Shown here: positions 11,328-20,746 of the stretch, piece by piece
How positions within the stretch are numbered: position 1 is the first letter of the stretch
Layout of the letters: each line of letters begins with the position of its first letter
Source of the DNA: Bdellovibrionales bacterium
Lineage (GTDB): Bacteria; Bdellovibrionota; Bdellovibrionia; Bdellovibrionales; CAYMLA01
DNA length: 64,000 nt
Assembly (NCBI GenBank): GCA_965217115.1
Contig: OZ244239.1
Span: 1,952,001 to 2,016,000 of the forward strand
Reading direction: 5' to 3'
The notes under the pieces: model-generated
The model's database searches: none
The model's input: only the letters and a program-made list of their open reading frames with translations
What the model was told of the DNA's origin: nothing
Program-made: the position numbers and the translations under genes

Positions 11328-12593
11328 ATGAAGCTATCATCACTTAATTTTTTAGAGTTAGAGCACTTTTGCTCACTAGCTCAATGTCTAGTAGACGGAC
11401 GTGTTCAAGAGGTGTGGACCAACCAAAGAGGAGTGGGGTTCTTTGTTTGGAAAACTCAAAAGAGCGCTTGGTTGTGGTTTGATTTAACCCCAAAAACTCC
11501 TTTTCCTGCCTTAATAGAATGCAAGAGACTTCCCTTTGTGAAGAAGATAAAGCCTTTGGGATTGTTTGTGAAATCTCATGTTGTGGGTAATAGTATTAAG
11601 CGTATTTATTGTAAAGAGAAAATGGGAAGAGTCATTTTTATAGAAGGAGATACTTTTTCCTTAGAAATCCGTTTATTCCCCCATGGGCAAAATTTAATTG
11701 TAAAAACAGCTGAAAAATCTATTAGTTGGCTTCGAGTTAAGGCTCTTAAAGGTGGCAGTTCTAAAGAGTTACAGATGGAAACCAGAGATCTACAAGAGCT
11801 TCAGGAAGTTTGGCTTAAATCTTTACGGGAAGAGAGAGGGGCAGGACAAGGTGTTGCTGGTAAAGACAAGAGCTTGTTATCGATTCTGAAGAGAGATCTC
11901 TTAAAAAAAGAAAAAGCTTTAGTGAAAATAAAAGAGAGCTTAGAAGAAAGATTGAGCAATGACTGGCTAATTTTGGGTAAGTTATTACAGGAAAAGCAGA
12001 GTTTGAACATTTCAGAAAAATGGAAGACATGGATTAATGAACAGGAGTCATTGTCGTTTAATATTCAAATGTGCTTTGAGAAGCATAAGAGTCAAAAGAA
12101 AAAAATCGTAGGAACTCGTGAGAGAATAGGGATGTTAAAAGATGAAATAAATCTGATAAAAAATAAAATAGAAAACTTTGATCTGAAGGGTAGTGAGAAT
12201 AACATTCAAATCGTTAAGAGCGAGAAAAGTTTCTTGCGTCAGGCCGAAGCTAAGGGGAAAAAGCTAGTTTTATCTCAAGGCAAAGAGGCTGTTATCGGAA
12301 AATCGGCTAGGGATAATTTGGCGATTTTGCGCAGAGCCAAGCCTTGGTTTCTTTGGGTGCATATTAAGGATAGTCCAGGGGCCTATGGAGTTGTACTTTG
12401 TCAGCGTAAGCAGGTGGTGACGGATGAGGAATTGCGGCAAGTTTGCCGTTGGTTGCTAAAAGAATCTAAGGAGAAGGGAGAGGGGAGCTTTGATTTCCTT
12501 ATAGCTGAATGTCGATACATCACTCCTATCAAGGGTGATCGAATTGGGCGTGTGACATATAAAAATGAGCGAGTAATTACGGTTGGTATTTAA
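11328..12593 (+). CDS. NFACT (RqcH/FbpA-like) RNA-binding domain protein
   Basis: C-terminal IGKSARDNLAIL...WVHIKDSPGAYGVV motif (NFACT-R/DUF814-type) after a coiled coil; ATG 11328 preferred. Confidence 0.8.
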   Translation: MKLSSLNFLELEHFCSLAQCLVDGRVQEVWTNQRGVGFFVWKTQKSAWLWFDLTPKTPFPALIECKRLPFVKKIKPLGLFVKSHVVGNSIKRIYCKEKMGRVIFIEGDTFSLEIRLFPHGQNLIVKTAEKSISWLRVKALKGGSSKELQMETRDLQELQEVWLKSLREERGAGQGVAGKDKSLLSILKRDLLKKEKALVKIKESLEERLSNDWLILGKLLQEKQSLNISEKWKTWINEQESLSFNIQMCFEKHKSQKKKIVGTRERIGMLKDEINLIKNKIENFDLKGSENNIQIVKSEKSFLRQAEAKGKKLVLSQGKEAVIGKSARDNLAILRRAKPWFLWVHIKDSPGAYGVVLCQRKQVVTDEELRQVCRWLLKESKEKGEGSFDFLIAECRYITPIKGDRIGRVTYKNERVITVGI

Positions 12594-12672
12594 AAATACG
12601 GGGCATTTTTTCTTCAGTTGAGAAAGGCAAGAAAAGATAGACTTATACACAGTCGCTTAGTAGCATTTATGT

Positions 12673-13599
12673 ATGATCTGCGTGGAGAGGCTGAGTAAAT
12701 TTTACGGCAATTATAAGGCCTTGGACAGAGTGTCCTTTACGATCAAAGAAGGTTCTTTAGTGGGACTTCTTGGAGCTAACGGGGCTGGTAAAACGACATT
12801 AATGGATGTTCTTGCTGGAGTCACTCACTATCAAGAGGGGGCAGTGTCTATTGATGGAGAGATGGTTGGAGATAGCCTTTCGGTGAAAGAAAAACTAGGT
12901 TATCTTCCTGATCAACCGCCGCTGTATTTAGATATGACTGTTAGTAATTACTTGCGGTATGTTGGGATTTTAAAAAGAGTTACACCGGAAAGAATCAATC
13001 AGAGAGTTGAAGATGTTTTAGGAAAACTAGAACTAGAGGATTACGCTCAATGTATTATTGAAAAATTGTCAAAAGGGTATCGTCAACGGGTGGGAATTGC
13101 ACAAGCTCTGATAAATAATCCTAAGATTCTTATTCTGGATGAGCCGACGGTGGCCCTTGACCCTCGGCAAAGAGCGCAGGTGAAGGATCTAGTTAAATCT
13201 CTAAAGAGAGATCATACGATTTTGCTTTCTACGCATATTTTATCTGACGTAGAGGATATCTGTGATGAGGTGGTTTTAATTTCAGAGGGTAAATTAAAAA
13301 CAAGGGGTTCTCTGGAGTCGTTATCAAAGATTGATGATGGTGGAGAAACCATCTTCCATTTAAGTCTAAGCAGTGATGTAAAAGTTAAAGAGCTTTTTTT
13401 GATCGATGAAGTAAAAGATGTAAAGAAAATTTCTCAGAAAAAATGGCAAATTTCTTTTATGAAAAATGAAAACGAGAGATCGAGTGCTTCGGATCGCTAT
13501 TTAGAAATTTTAGCTCGTCATAGTTGGGGGATTCGTGAGTATGTTTGTGCATCTAAAAACCTAGAGAACCTTTTTTTTACAGATGAGAATGTAAAATGA
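12673..13599 (+). CDS. ABC transporter ATP-binding protein (GldA-like)
   Basis: Walker A GANGAGKTT, signature LSKGYRQR, Walker B LILDEP. Confidence 0.95.
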   Translation: MICVERLSKFYGNYKALDRVSFTIKEGSLVGLLGANGAGKTTLMDVLAGVTHYQEGAVSIDGEMVGDSLSVKEKLGYLPDQPPLYLDMTVSNYLRYVGILKRVTPERINQRVEDVLGKLELEDYAQCIIEKLSKGYRQRVGIAQALINNPKILILDEPTVALDPRQRAQVKDLVKSLKRDHTILLSTHILSDVEDICDEVVLISEGKLKTRGSLESLSKIDDGGETIFHLSLSSDVKVKELFLIDEVKDVKKISQKKWQISFMKNENERSSASDRYLEILARHSWGIREYVCASKNLENLFFTDENVK

Positions 13600-14363
13600 T
13601 CTTTGAAATATGGAAAAAAGAGATAAAATCGTTGTTTTTATCACCAGGGTTGTATGTTGTGTTTTCTCTTTGCGCATCATTGTTTAGTTGGAGATTCTTG
13701 ATTAACTTGCAATATTTTGCACAGAACTATCAGAATCAGGTTTTTCAACTAGGTCAGGCAAATTACTCTATGCATATTCATTTTGGATTGTTTGCAGGGC
13801 ATTTATCATACCTGAATTTGGTGTTTATTCTCTTTACCCCCGTTTTGACCATGAAATTATTGGCAGAAGAGAAAAGATCGGGAAGTTTAAAGTTGTTATT
13901 CTCCAGCCCAATTTCTTCGTGGCAAATTATTGGAGGTAAGTACTTGGCAGCAGTGACATTGATGTTCTGTGTGCTTCTTTTGTCTTTTTTATTTCCCCTT
14001 ATTTGCGTATTTTTTGCGGAAGTGGATTGGATTTTATTATTGGGATCTTATTTCGGTATGTTTCTTCTAGGGTGTTTGTATGTGGGTATAGGAATATTTA
14101 GTTCATCGTTAGGGTCATCGGTGATGGTGTCGTTAATTTTGGGAATTTTTCTCAATGTAATGGTTTGGTTTTTGGGTGTTAATGCAGAGATGGCTGACAG
14201 TCAATGGATACGGGAAGCTTTGCAACATTTATCTTTGAATTATCACATCTCGGGTATGATTCAGGGTGTGTTTCATCTAAGTGCTGTGGTCTTTTTTGCA
14301 AGTCTGACGGGGCTATTTTTACTATTGTCTGAGACATTTTTGCAATTTTTGAAGTGGAAGTAA
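13596..14363 (+). CDS. ABC-2 permease (GldF-like)
   Basis: Six TM segments; LTMKLLAEEKRSGSLKLLFSSPIS motif; overlaps the ATPase stop. Confidence 0.9.
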   Translation: MIFEIWKKEIKSLFLSPGLYVVFSLCASLFSWRFLINLQYFAQNYQNQVFQLGQANYSMHIHFGLFAGHLSYLNLVFILFTPVLTMKLLAEEKRSGSLKLLFSSPISSWQIIGGKYLAAVTLMFCVLLLSFLFPLICVFFAEVDWILLLGSYFGMFLLGCLYVGIGIFSSSLGSSVMVSLILGIFLNVMVWFLGVNAEMADSQWIREALQHLSLNYHISGMIQGVFHLSAVVFFASLTGLFLLLSETFLQFLKWK

Positions 14364-14364
14364 A

Positions 14365-15903
14365 ATGGGCGGGTTATTAAAGGTTTATTCTATATTATTA
14401 CTCCTAAGTCTTTTGTCTTATGTTATGGGTCGGTACACTTTAGGCTATTTCATTCCTTTTTTCTGGTTGCCCATTGGCTTAAGTGCACTCCTCTTTGTTT
14501 TAATATTATTTCATCTGCGAGAGAAAATCGTATTGTTCTTTAGAATGAAATCAACTCACCATAGAGTAAGCGCAGGTAGTAAGCTGTTTTTGATTATGTG
14601 CTTTGTGGCTTTTTTGAATTTTTTATCGGTTCGCTACAATGTAAGTTATGATTTTTCGCCAGAACAGATGAATTCTTTGAGTGTGTCTTCTTTTGGAGTT
14701 TTGCAGAAATTAGAGGAACAGGCAAAAATCGTGTTCTTTTATCGTCAAGGTGAGCAGAAGAGCCAGGCTGAAAAGCACAAGTTTGTGAATTTAATGCGTA
14801 AATATCAGGATGTAACATCAAAATTAGAGGTCAATTTTGTTGAGGTGACAGAAAACCCAGATATAGCTAAACGTTTTGGAGTGGATAAGGGAGCAGGTGT
14901 TGTTTTTGTAGAATACAAAGGTCATCGGAGCCGTGTTGATCGAGTAGCAGAGGCTGATGTGACAAGTGCGTTGAACATTGTGACGGAGAGGGGGCCAAAG
15001 GAGAAGGTTTATTTTTTAACAGGCCATGGGGAAAAAGAAGATCAAGACCCTTCATCGTTAGATGGAATTAAATCATCTGTATACTTATTAGAGGGCAATG
15101 GCTATCTTCTTAAAAAACTGAGTTTAATCACAAAAACTCGTGTCCCAGAGGAGGTCAAGACGCTTTTTATTATTGGCCCTCAGGAAAGTTTTCTAGAGCA
15201 TGAGGTGGAGGCATTGATCAAATATGTGCAAAGGGGGGGGAGTCTGTTTTTAGCTTTGGATCATACTGTTGCCAGAGGTGTATCATCTTTAAAGCCATTG
15301 TTAAATTTTTTGGGTATCGAATATAAAAATCATTATGTTATTGGAATGACTCAAACATCTAATGGGTGGGCTTTGACACCGAAGCTGACGTTGGCGACAG
15401 CGTTTAATTCTCAGAACCCTTTAACCAGTGAATTTAAAGAGGGAGAGTATGCCGTTTTTCGCACTCCAGGGTCTTTAGTTATAAAAAAAGCTAAAACGAA
15501 CAAAGTAAAAAAGAGAGTCAGTACTTTATTGAGTACAGGGGTGGATGTTCGTGCTTTGGGCTCTTTGGATTTGAAGGGAATCCAGAAAAAAGGACCATTT
15601 TCTTTAGCTATGTTGATGAAATTAGGAAAAAGGGCATCTAAGGTTGTGGTGGTGGCTTCGAGTAGTTTTATGACCAATCAACTGTGGAGTCATGGCGTAA
15701 ACAGAGATTTTTTTCTTAAAGTAACTTCTTTTTTAACGGGCAGTAAGAATCAGGTGAAGGTAGAGCCTCCCCATTGGCGTTTGGGCAGATTTTCACTAAC
15801 TCCTGACGGGTTTAATCTTTATGCGTTGCTTTTTGCTGTGCCCTTACCTATTGTTTTATTAGGAATGGCTATTTTTCGTTACATACGTAGAAAAGGTATT
15901 TAG
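14365..15903 (+). CDS. GldG-family ABC auxiliary protein
   Basis: KVYFLTGHGEK and LFIIGPQESF...YVQRGGSLFL motifs; N- and C-terminal TM segments. Confidence 0.88.
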   Translation: MGGLLKVYSILLLLSLLSYVMGRYTLGYFIPFFWLPIGLSALLFVLILFHLREKIVLFFRMKSTHHRVSAGSKLFLIMCFVAFLNFLSVRYNVSYDFSPEQMNSLSVSSFGVLQKLEEQAKIVFFYRQGEQKSQAEKHKFVNLMRKYQDVTSKLEVNFVEVTENPDIAKRFGVDKGAGVVFVEYKGHRSRVDRVAEADVTSALNIVTERGPKEKVYFLTGHGEKEDQDPSSLDGIKSSVYLLEGNGYLLKKLSLITKTRVPEEVKTLFIIGPQESFLEHEVEALIKYVQRGGSLFLALDHTVARGVSSLKPLLNFLGIEYKNHYVIGMTQTSNGWALTPKLTLATAFNSQNPLTSEFKEGEYAVFRTPGSLVIKKAKTNKVKKRVSTLLSTGVDVRALGSLDLKGIQKKGPFSLAMLMKLGKRASKVVVVASSSFMTNQLWSHGVNRDFFLKVTSFLTGSKNQVKVEPPHWRLGRFSLTPDGFNLYALLFAVPLPIVLLGMAIFRYIRRKGI

Positions 15904-15911
15904 GGGAAAAA

Positions 15912-16934
15912 ATGGAAACATTGATTTCAAGATCACCGACACGAGTGGATTTATCGGGTGGGACGTTGGATATGTGGCCTATTTATACCTTTCTAGGAAT
16001 GGCTTGTACGGTGAATTTGGCCATTGATATTTGGACCGAAGCGCGATTAACTCCACAATTAGACTCACAGTCACGGTCTAAAAAAAACATTCGTATTATC
16101 TCCAATGATTTAAATTTAGATATGGCGTTCGCTTCTTTAGAGGATTTTTTTAAGAATGTTGACCCTCGTTTGTCTCTGTATCGACCTGTATTGGAGTATT
16201 GGAGGCCTGAATATGGGTTTACCTTGGAGACGAGTTCGCAAAGCCCCGTGGGGGGTGGGTTGGGTGGCAGCTCTTCTTTGATAATCAGTTTGTTGAAAGT
16301 TTTTAGTAAATGGTTGGGCAAAGAGAAGGGGATAAATTCTGATGTGGATTTTCTGGTGAGATTGGCTGCAAATATGGAAGCTCACTTGTTGGGAACACCG
16401 ACGGGGACGCAGGATTATTACCCTGCAATATCGGGTGGAATGAGTATTATACATTATGGAGTGGATGGTGTTGAGCAGAAGATATTGAAAAATGATTTAT
16501 CAGAGCTTCAGCAACATCTTGTTTTGGTTTATACTGGAAAGCCCCACCATTCAGGTTTAAATAACTGGGATGTATTGAAGAGGTTTGTTGAGAAAGAAAG
16601 TAAAACGATGATTGCTCTTGAAAAATTAAAAAATGTGTCTCAGCGTATGGCGGAGGCTTGTCAGTCTTCTAGTTGGGATAAACTACCTGGGCTTTTTAAT
16701 GAAGAGTATGAATGGCGTTTACAACTTTCTCCTGAGTTTGCGAGCGATGAAATTGAAAAATTAGGTCATTTGGTAAAAGATTTAGGAGTTAAAGGAATAA
16801 AGATTTGTGGAGCAGGGGGTGGTGGATGTGTTTTGCTTTATGTTCCTCTTGAAAAAAGAGAGACGGTTGTGGAAAATTGTGAAACTCATGGCTTTACTGT
16901 TTTACGAATGAATCCTGTGGGGGAGTTGAGTTAG
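15912..16934 (+). CDS. GHMP-family sugar kinase (HddA-like)
   Basis: SPTRVDLSGGTLD, PVGGGLGGSSS, GTQDYY and KICGAGGGG motifs. Confidence 0.9.
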   Translation: METLISRSPTRVDLSGGTLDMWPIYTFLGMACTVNLAIDIWTEARLTPQLDSQSRSKKNIRIISNDLNLDMAFASLEDFFKNVDPRLSLYRPVLEYWRPEYGFTLETSSQSPVGGGLGGSSSLIISLLKVFSKWLGKEKGINSDVDFLVRLAANMEAHLLGTPTGTQDYYPAISGGMSIIHYGVDGVEQKILKNDLSELQQHLVLVYTGKPHHSGLNNWDVLKRFVEKESKTMIALEKLKNVSQRMAEACQSSSWDKLPGLFNEEYEWRLQLSPEFASDEIEKLGHLVKDLGVKGIKICGAGGGGCVLLYVPLEKRETVVENCETHGFTVLRMNPVGELS

Positions 16935-16936
16935 AC

Positions 16937-17770
16937 ATGTCAAAAAAGAAAAGCTCCCCACAGGTTGTGCGGTCCATTGGAATTTCGTTAGGAGGTGCTA
17001 AGAGCTTTCGAACCAATGTTGTTATTTTTGAGTTTTATCCTAGCCAAGATCAGGTTTTTCTTAAACAACTTTATTGTAACATCCGTGATGAGAAAGAGAT
17101 ATCTTCGGACAACCAGGTGCTAGAGATCATTAATAACGAGAAGAAAGTTGAGGCGGTGGTTTTTGATGTGCCTTTGAGTTTGCCTAAGGCTTTGCGTTGT
17201 GGGGTGAATTGTCCAGGGTATGATGTGTGCGACTGCACAGAGGTGGCTTGGATTCGTAGTTACTATGAAGAGAGAAATAAGAAAATGAGGCCTAAGAAGA
17301 ATTTTACACCCTATACTCAGAGAAGCTGTGATATTTACCTATCAACAGAGTTAGGGGAGAAGTTTAATATTCCAGATGCTTTGGGATCAAATTTAGCTCC
17401 TCTTACAGCAAGAGCGATGTATCTAAAAAACATGACATCATTGCCGTGTGAAGAGACATTTGCACGTGCTTCTTTGTGGCGATTGGGTAGAAATTTGAAA
17501 ATAAATAAATCCCATTTGAGATTTTATAAGCACGCTGTGATGGGCGATGAGAGCAGAGGTGCTATCCTCAAGAGCATAGAAAATAGCAAGATGGTTTTTA
17601 TCTACGAGCAAGACCGTAAAATGTTGATTGATAACCCCGGGTGTTTTGAAGCTTTTATCTGTGGCCTAGTGGGATATTTAAAATATCAAAGGCAATTACA
17701 GAAACGCCCTAAAGGCTTTCCTGGAAGGTCAGTTTGGCCTCTATTGCCTTCTGAGGTACTACCTTTGTAG
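16937..17770 (+). CDS. DUF429-like RNase H-fold hypothetical protein
   Basis: SIGISLGG N-terminal strand, VVFDVPLSLP motif and a Cys cluster. Confidence 0.6.
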   Translation: MSKKKSSPQVVRSIGISLGGAKSFRTNVVIFEFYPSQDQVFLKQLYCNIRDEKEISSDNQVLEIINNEKKVEAVVFDVPLSLPKALRCGVNCPGYDVCDCTEVAWIRSYYEERNKKMRPKKNFTPYTQRSCDIYLSTELGEKFNIPDALGSNLAPLTARAMYLKNMTSLPCEETFARASLWRLGRNLKINKSHLRFYKHAVMGDESRGAILKSIENSKMVFIYEQDRKMLIDNPGCFEAFICGLVGYLKYQRQLQKRPKGFPGRSVWPLLPSEVLPL

Positions 17771-17851
17771 AGAATTTGAAGTATTTTTTTTGCATATTTC
17801 TTGGGCGTGAAGGTACTATATTATTTCGTTTAGAGTTGAGGGGAAATATTT

Positions 17852-18928
17852 ATGGCAAAATGGAGAGAGGTGGCAAATATTTCAGGAGATGTTGTGTTTT
17901 TTGATTATGTTACTAGTGGCAAGGGAAGAGGTGCAGAAGAGGTTTTTGTTTGGGATTTGGATAAAACATATTTAGACACTCGTTGGGGCTCATTAAAAGA
18001 GTTGTTAAGAACAGCGATGGAGCGAGCTTTTCAGAAGAAAAATATTCCAGGGACGAGTTCTCTCTTAAAAGCCTTAAGTCTAAGCTGGATTGAAGCACGA
18101 GGAGTGGATTATTTCCCTATTTATTTTATTACAGCCTCTCCTCCTCAAATAGAAAAGAAAATTAATCAAAAATTAATTTTAGATGGCATACAGCCTTTTG
18201 GATGTTTTTTTAAAGATAACCTACAGAATCTTCACCCGAAACGTATGTGGCGTTTAACGAATCAAGTTGGATATAAATTGCAAGCTCTACTGCAATTACG
18301 CTGTGAATTGCGTGAGGACGTGAGACAGATATTTTGGGGAGATGACAGTGAATCGGATGCGATTATTTATAATCTGTATTCAGATATTTGTTCCAGACGA
18401 CTCGATGACAAGGAGTTACGTTATATTTTAAAATCTTTACATGTGGTTGGTGAGCAGACGGAAAGTATTTTAAGATTACGTGAAAAAATCCCTAAACAGG
18501 ACCCCGTGGACAAGATATATATTAATTTGGCGACAGATACGGACCCTGATTATTATTTAAAGTTTGGTCGCCGTACGCTTCCGACGACAAACACTTTTCA
18601 AGCGGCGGTGGATTTATTTCAAGATGGTCGCTTAGGGGCTGAACAGGTTTTACATGTGGCTCAAGATATGAAGATGAATTATGGTTTTACAAATGAGGAG
18701 ATAGAGAGAAGCTTTGACGAGTTGGTACGTCGTCAGGTTTTGAGTCGTCCCAGTGCTGAGGGGTTGTTGCCTTATCTTCAGAAAGAAGGCTTTGTGCCTT
18801 TGGAGTATGAACACTCAGTTCAGCCTTTAGAAGTGCTGAAACAGGAAGGTGAAATGATCGTGGAGCTTGAAGGTGTTTTTGAACCGTGGGTTCCAGAGAG
18901 AATTGATTATTTGCATGATTATCGCTAA
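17852..18928 (+). CDS. HAD-superfamily phosphatase-domain protein (App1-like)
   Basis: VWDLDKTYL (DxDxT), FITASP and WGDDSESD motifs. Confidence 0.75.
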   Translation: MAKWREVANISGDVVFFDYVTSGKGRGAEEVFVWDLDKTYLDTRWGSLKELLRTAMERAFQKKNIPGTSSLLKALSLSWIEARGVDYFPIYFITASPPQIEKKINQKLILDGIQPFGCFFKDNLQNLHPKRMWRLTNQVGYKLQALLQLRCELREDVRQIFWGDDSESDAIIYNLYSDICSRRLDDKELRYILKSLHVVGEQTESILRLREKIPKQDPVDKIYINLATDTDPDYYLKFGRRTLPTTNTFQAAVDLFQDGRLGAEQVLHVAQDMKMNYGFTNEEIERSFDELVRRQVLSRPSAEGLLPYLQKEGFVPLEYEHSVQPLEVLKQEGEMIVELEGVFEPWVPERIDYLHDYR

Positions 18929-18936
18929 GGAAGTGT

Positions 18937-19278
18937 TTGATGTGGTTATTTATTGGTAAGATATTGGTAGCAGCTATTTTAATCAGTACTGTGTCTTGGC
19001 TATCAGGGAAAAAGACAGCGTTAGCAGGTTTTTTGGCGGCACTGCCTTTAACGACTCTGATTGCTTTGGCTTTTTCTCACATTGAGTGGGGGAATCAGAG
19101 ACAATCGGTGGAATTTGCTAAGAATATTTTTTTAGCAGTGCCTTTGTCACTGTTGTTTTTCCTTCCCTTTCTATTGGCTCAAAGATGGAACCTTAGTTTC
19201 TGGACTTGTTATGGGAGTGGAGTTTTTCTATTGGGAATAGGGTACTGTGTCCACTCCCACTTAGCACGGTCACTGTAA
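18937..19278 (+). CDS. DUF3147-like small membrane protein
   Basis: Four hydrophobic segments; LAGFLAALPLTTLIAL motif. Confidence 0.7.
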   Translation: MMWLFIGKILVAAILISTVSWLSGKKTALAGFLAALPLTTLIALAFSHIEWGNQRQSVEFAKNIFLAVPLSLLFFLPFLLAQRWNLSFWTCYGSGVFLLGIGYCVHSHLARSL

Positions 19279-19404
19279 TTCCGTAGTCAGGGCATAGAAT
19301 TTATAAGGTTTCCATATTGTGGTTCTTTGTGATAAATAGTGGAATATAGTAATTCTAGCTACTTACCCTAAAGGTCGTTTTAAATAGCAAGCTCCTGAAA
19401 ACAC

Positions 19405-19435
19405 AAAAATGGCCTCCAAGGTAGGAAGCCATTTT
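19405..19435 (-). terminator. Rho-independent terminator of 19475-19885
   Basis: Minus strand ATGGCTTCC-loop-GGAGGCCAT followed by a T run. Confidence 0.7.
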
Positions 19436-19474
19436 AAAACTCTGAGTTTTGTGATTTTTAATTCGTCTCAGAAA

Positions 19475-19885
19475 CTAGTGAAGAATGAACCCGTTTTTAT
19501 CGTAAACTTGGTTTCCATCTTGAAAGCCATCTATATTTTTATTTGTTAATAAATTAACTTTTCCAGAAATAGGCCACTCAAAATCATAAAACGACCCATA
19601 TTGCCAAGCCACAAAGAAATATTCTATCACAGTAAAGATTCCATCTGGACCACATGTGTCCATTTGTGCTATTCTTGATTTTTGTGCAATTGGCTGAACT
19701 TTAGACATTCTTATCGCTTCGTTATAGCATTCTTCAACTGTATTAAGCTCTTTGACTAAAGTTCTCGCGGATGTCTTTTCGATACAGCCGTATTCAACAC
19801 TAATTTTCTTGAATTCGAGAAAACACCGTGAAGCAAAAGATGAAGTCGATACTAACAACAATAAACTTAATAAAATAATTTTCAT
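19475..19885 (-). CDS. Small secreted hypothetical protein
   Basis: Sec signal peptide MKIILLSLLLLVSTSSFA; SD GGGAGA; 4 Cys. Confidence 0.85.
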   Translation of the reverse strand: MKIILLSLLLLVSTSSFASRCFLEFKKISVEYGCIEKTSARTLVKELNTVEECYNEAIRMSKVQPIAQKSRIAQMDTCGPDGIFTVIEYFFVAWQYGSFYDFEWPISGKVNLLTNKNIDGFQDGNQVYDKNGFILH

Positions 19886-20103
19886 TTCAATCTCCCTGTA
19901 GTTTAGATACTATTGCTATTGCCATTACTATTCCAAGATCAGGTCGAAATTAACAAAGGTTGAGTGTTTTTCTCTGCTCAGAAAATAGACAGGCCTTATA
20001 AGAGAGACAAAAATTGTCATAATTTTGTTTTTCTGAGGGTTCTTTGTGATAAATAGTGGAACTGTTCCCAAGAGATCCATTGACCCATTGATTGAATACG
20101 GCC

Positions 20104-20256
20104 TTTTTTTCTAGAGTCTCTCCCAAAAGAATCCAGTTCTTTTCGGCGAGTTTGGCTTGGCGACTTCCATTGCATTTCCCTGCAATGGAAGGTGACAAAC
20201 GGATGTTTGAGCAAGAAAAGGGCTGGATTCTTTTGGGAGAGACTCTAGAAAAAAAA
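20104..20256 (+). repeat. Palindromic structured element, copy A (MITE/REP/ncRNA-like)
   Basis: 41-bp inverted arms at 20104-20144 and 20215-20255 (two G-T pairs); internal hairpins CTTCCATTGCA/TGCAATGGAAG and CAAAC/GTTTG. Confidence 0.9.
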
Positions 20257-20350
20257 CGACTCATTAGAAAAAAACTGCCTCCACCATTGTTTGTCATATG
20301 TTTGTCATAAAGAATCCAGATAGTTCAAGAAAACTATAAGAGCCTTCTCC

Positions 20351-20496
20351 CTAGAATATCTCCCAAAAGAATCCAGTTCTTTTCGGCGAGTTTGGCTTGG
20401 CGACTTCCATTGCATTTCTTTGCAATGGGAGGTGACAAACGAATGTTTGAGCAAGAAAAGGGCTGGATTCTTTTGGGAGAGACTCTAGAAAAAAAA
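20351..20496 (+). repeat. Palindromic structured element, copy B (tandem with A, 240-bp period)
   Basis: Near-identical to copy A; the 3' flank is also duplicated to about 20551. Confidence 0.9.
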
Positions 20497-20746
20497 CAGC
20501 TCATCAGAAAAAAACTGCCTCCACTATTGTTTGCCTGTTTGCCATAAAGAATTTCCATTATTCCTTGTAGATGCCTAATAATGGCAATCTGTGCAGAAGC
20601 TAGACAGGTCGAAACCCCTCAAATGCCGATAAATTGATATCTGAGCTATTTTCCTAGGGGCATAAAATGTGTATTTTATACCTCTTGAACCCCTTGAAGT
20701 TAACGATATCAACCAAATTTAAGGGAAGATAGAGGCTATAGATACA

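Larger units (their letters stand above)
19321..20061. repeat. Perfect 24-bp direct repeat pair GGTTCTTTGTGATAAATAGTGGAA (19321-19344 and 20038-20061)
   Basis: Identical 24-mers read directly; they flank ORF 19475-19885. Confidence 0.9.

Noticed and set aside
20104..20552. CRISPR array interpretation of the tandem repeats
   Set aside because: Units are 240 bp with duplicated rather than unique spacers, and there are no cas genes.
19950..20558. ORFs 19950-20297(-), 20017-20214(-), 20092-20310(+), 20334-20558(-) and also 50827-51033(-), most sharing peptides such as SRVSPKRIQ/WILLGETLEKK
   Set aside because: These are translations of the palindromic repeat on both strands, with no consistent start or SD. 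The repeat is open in one frame per strand, but no copy here is inside a real gene.
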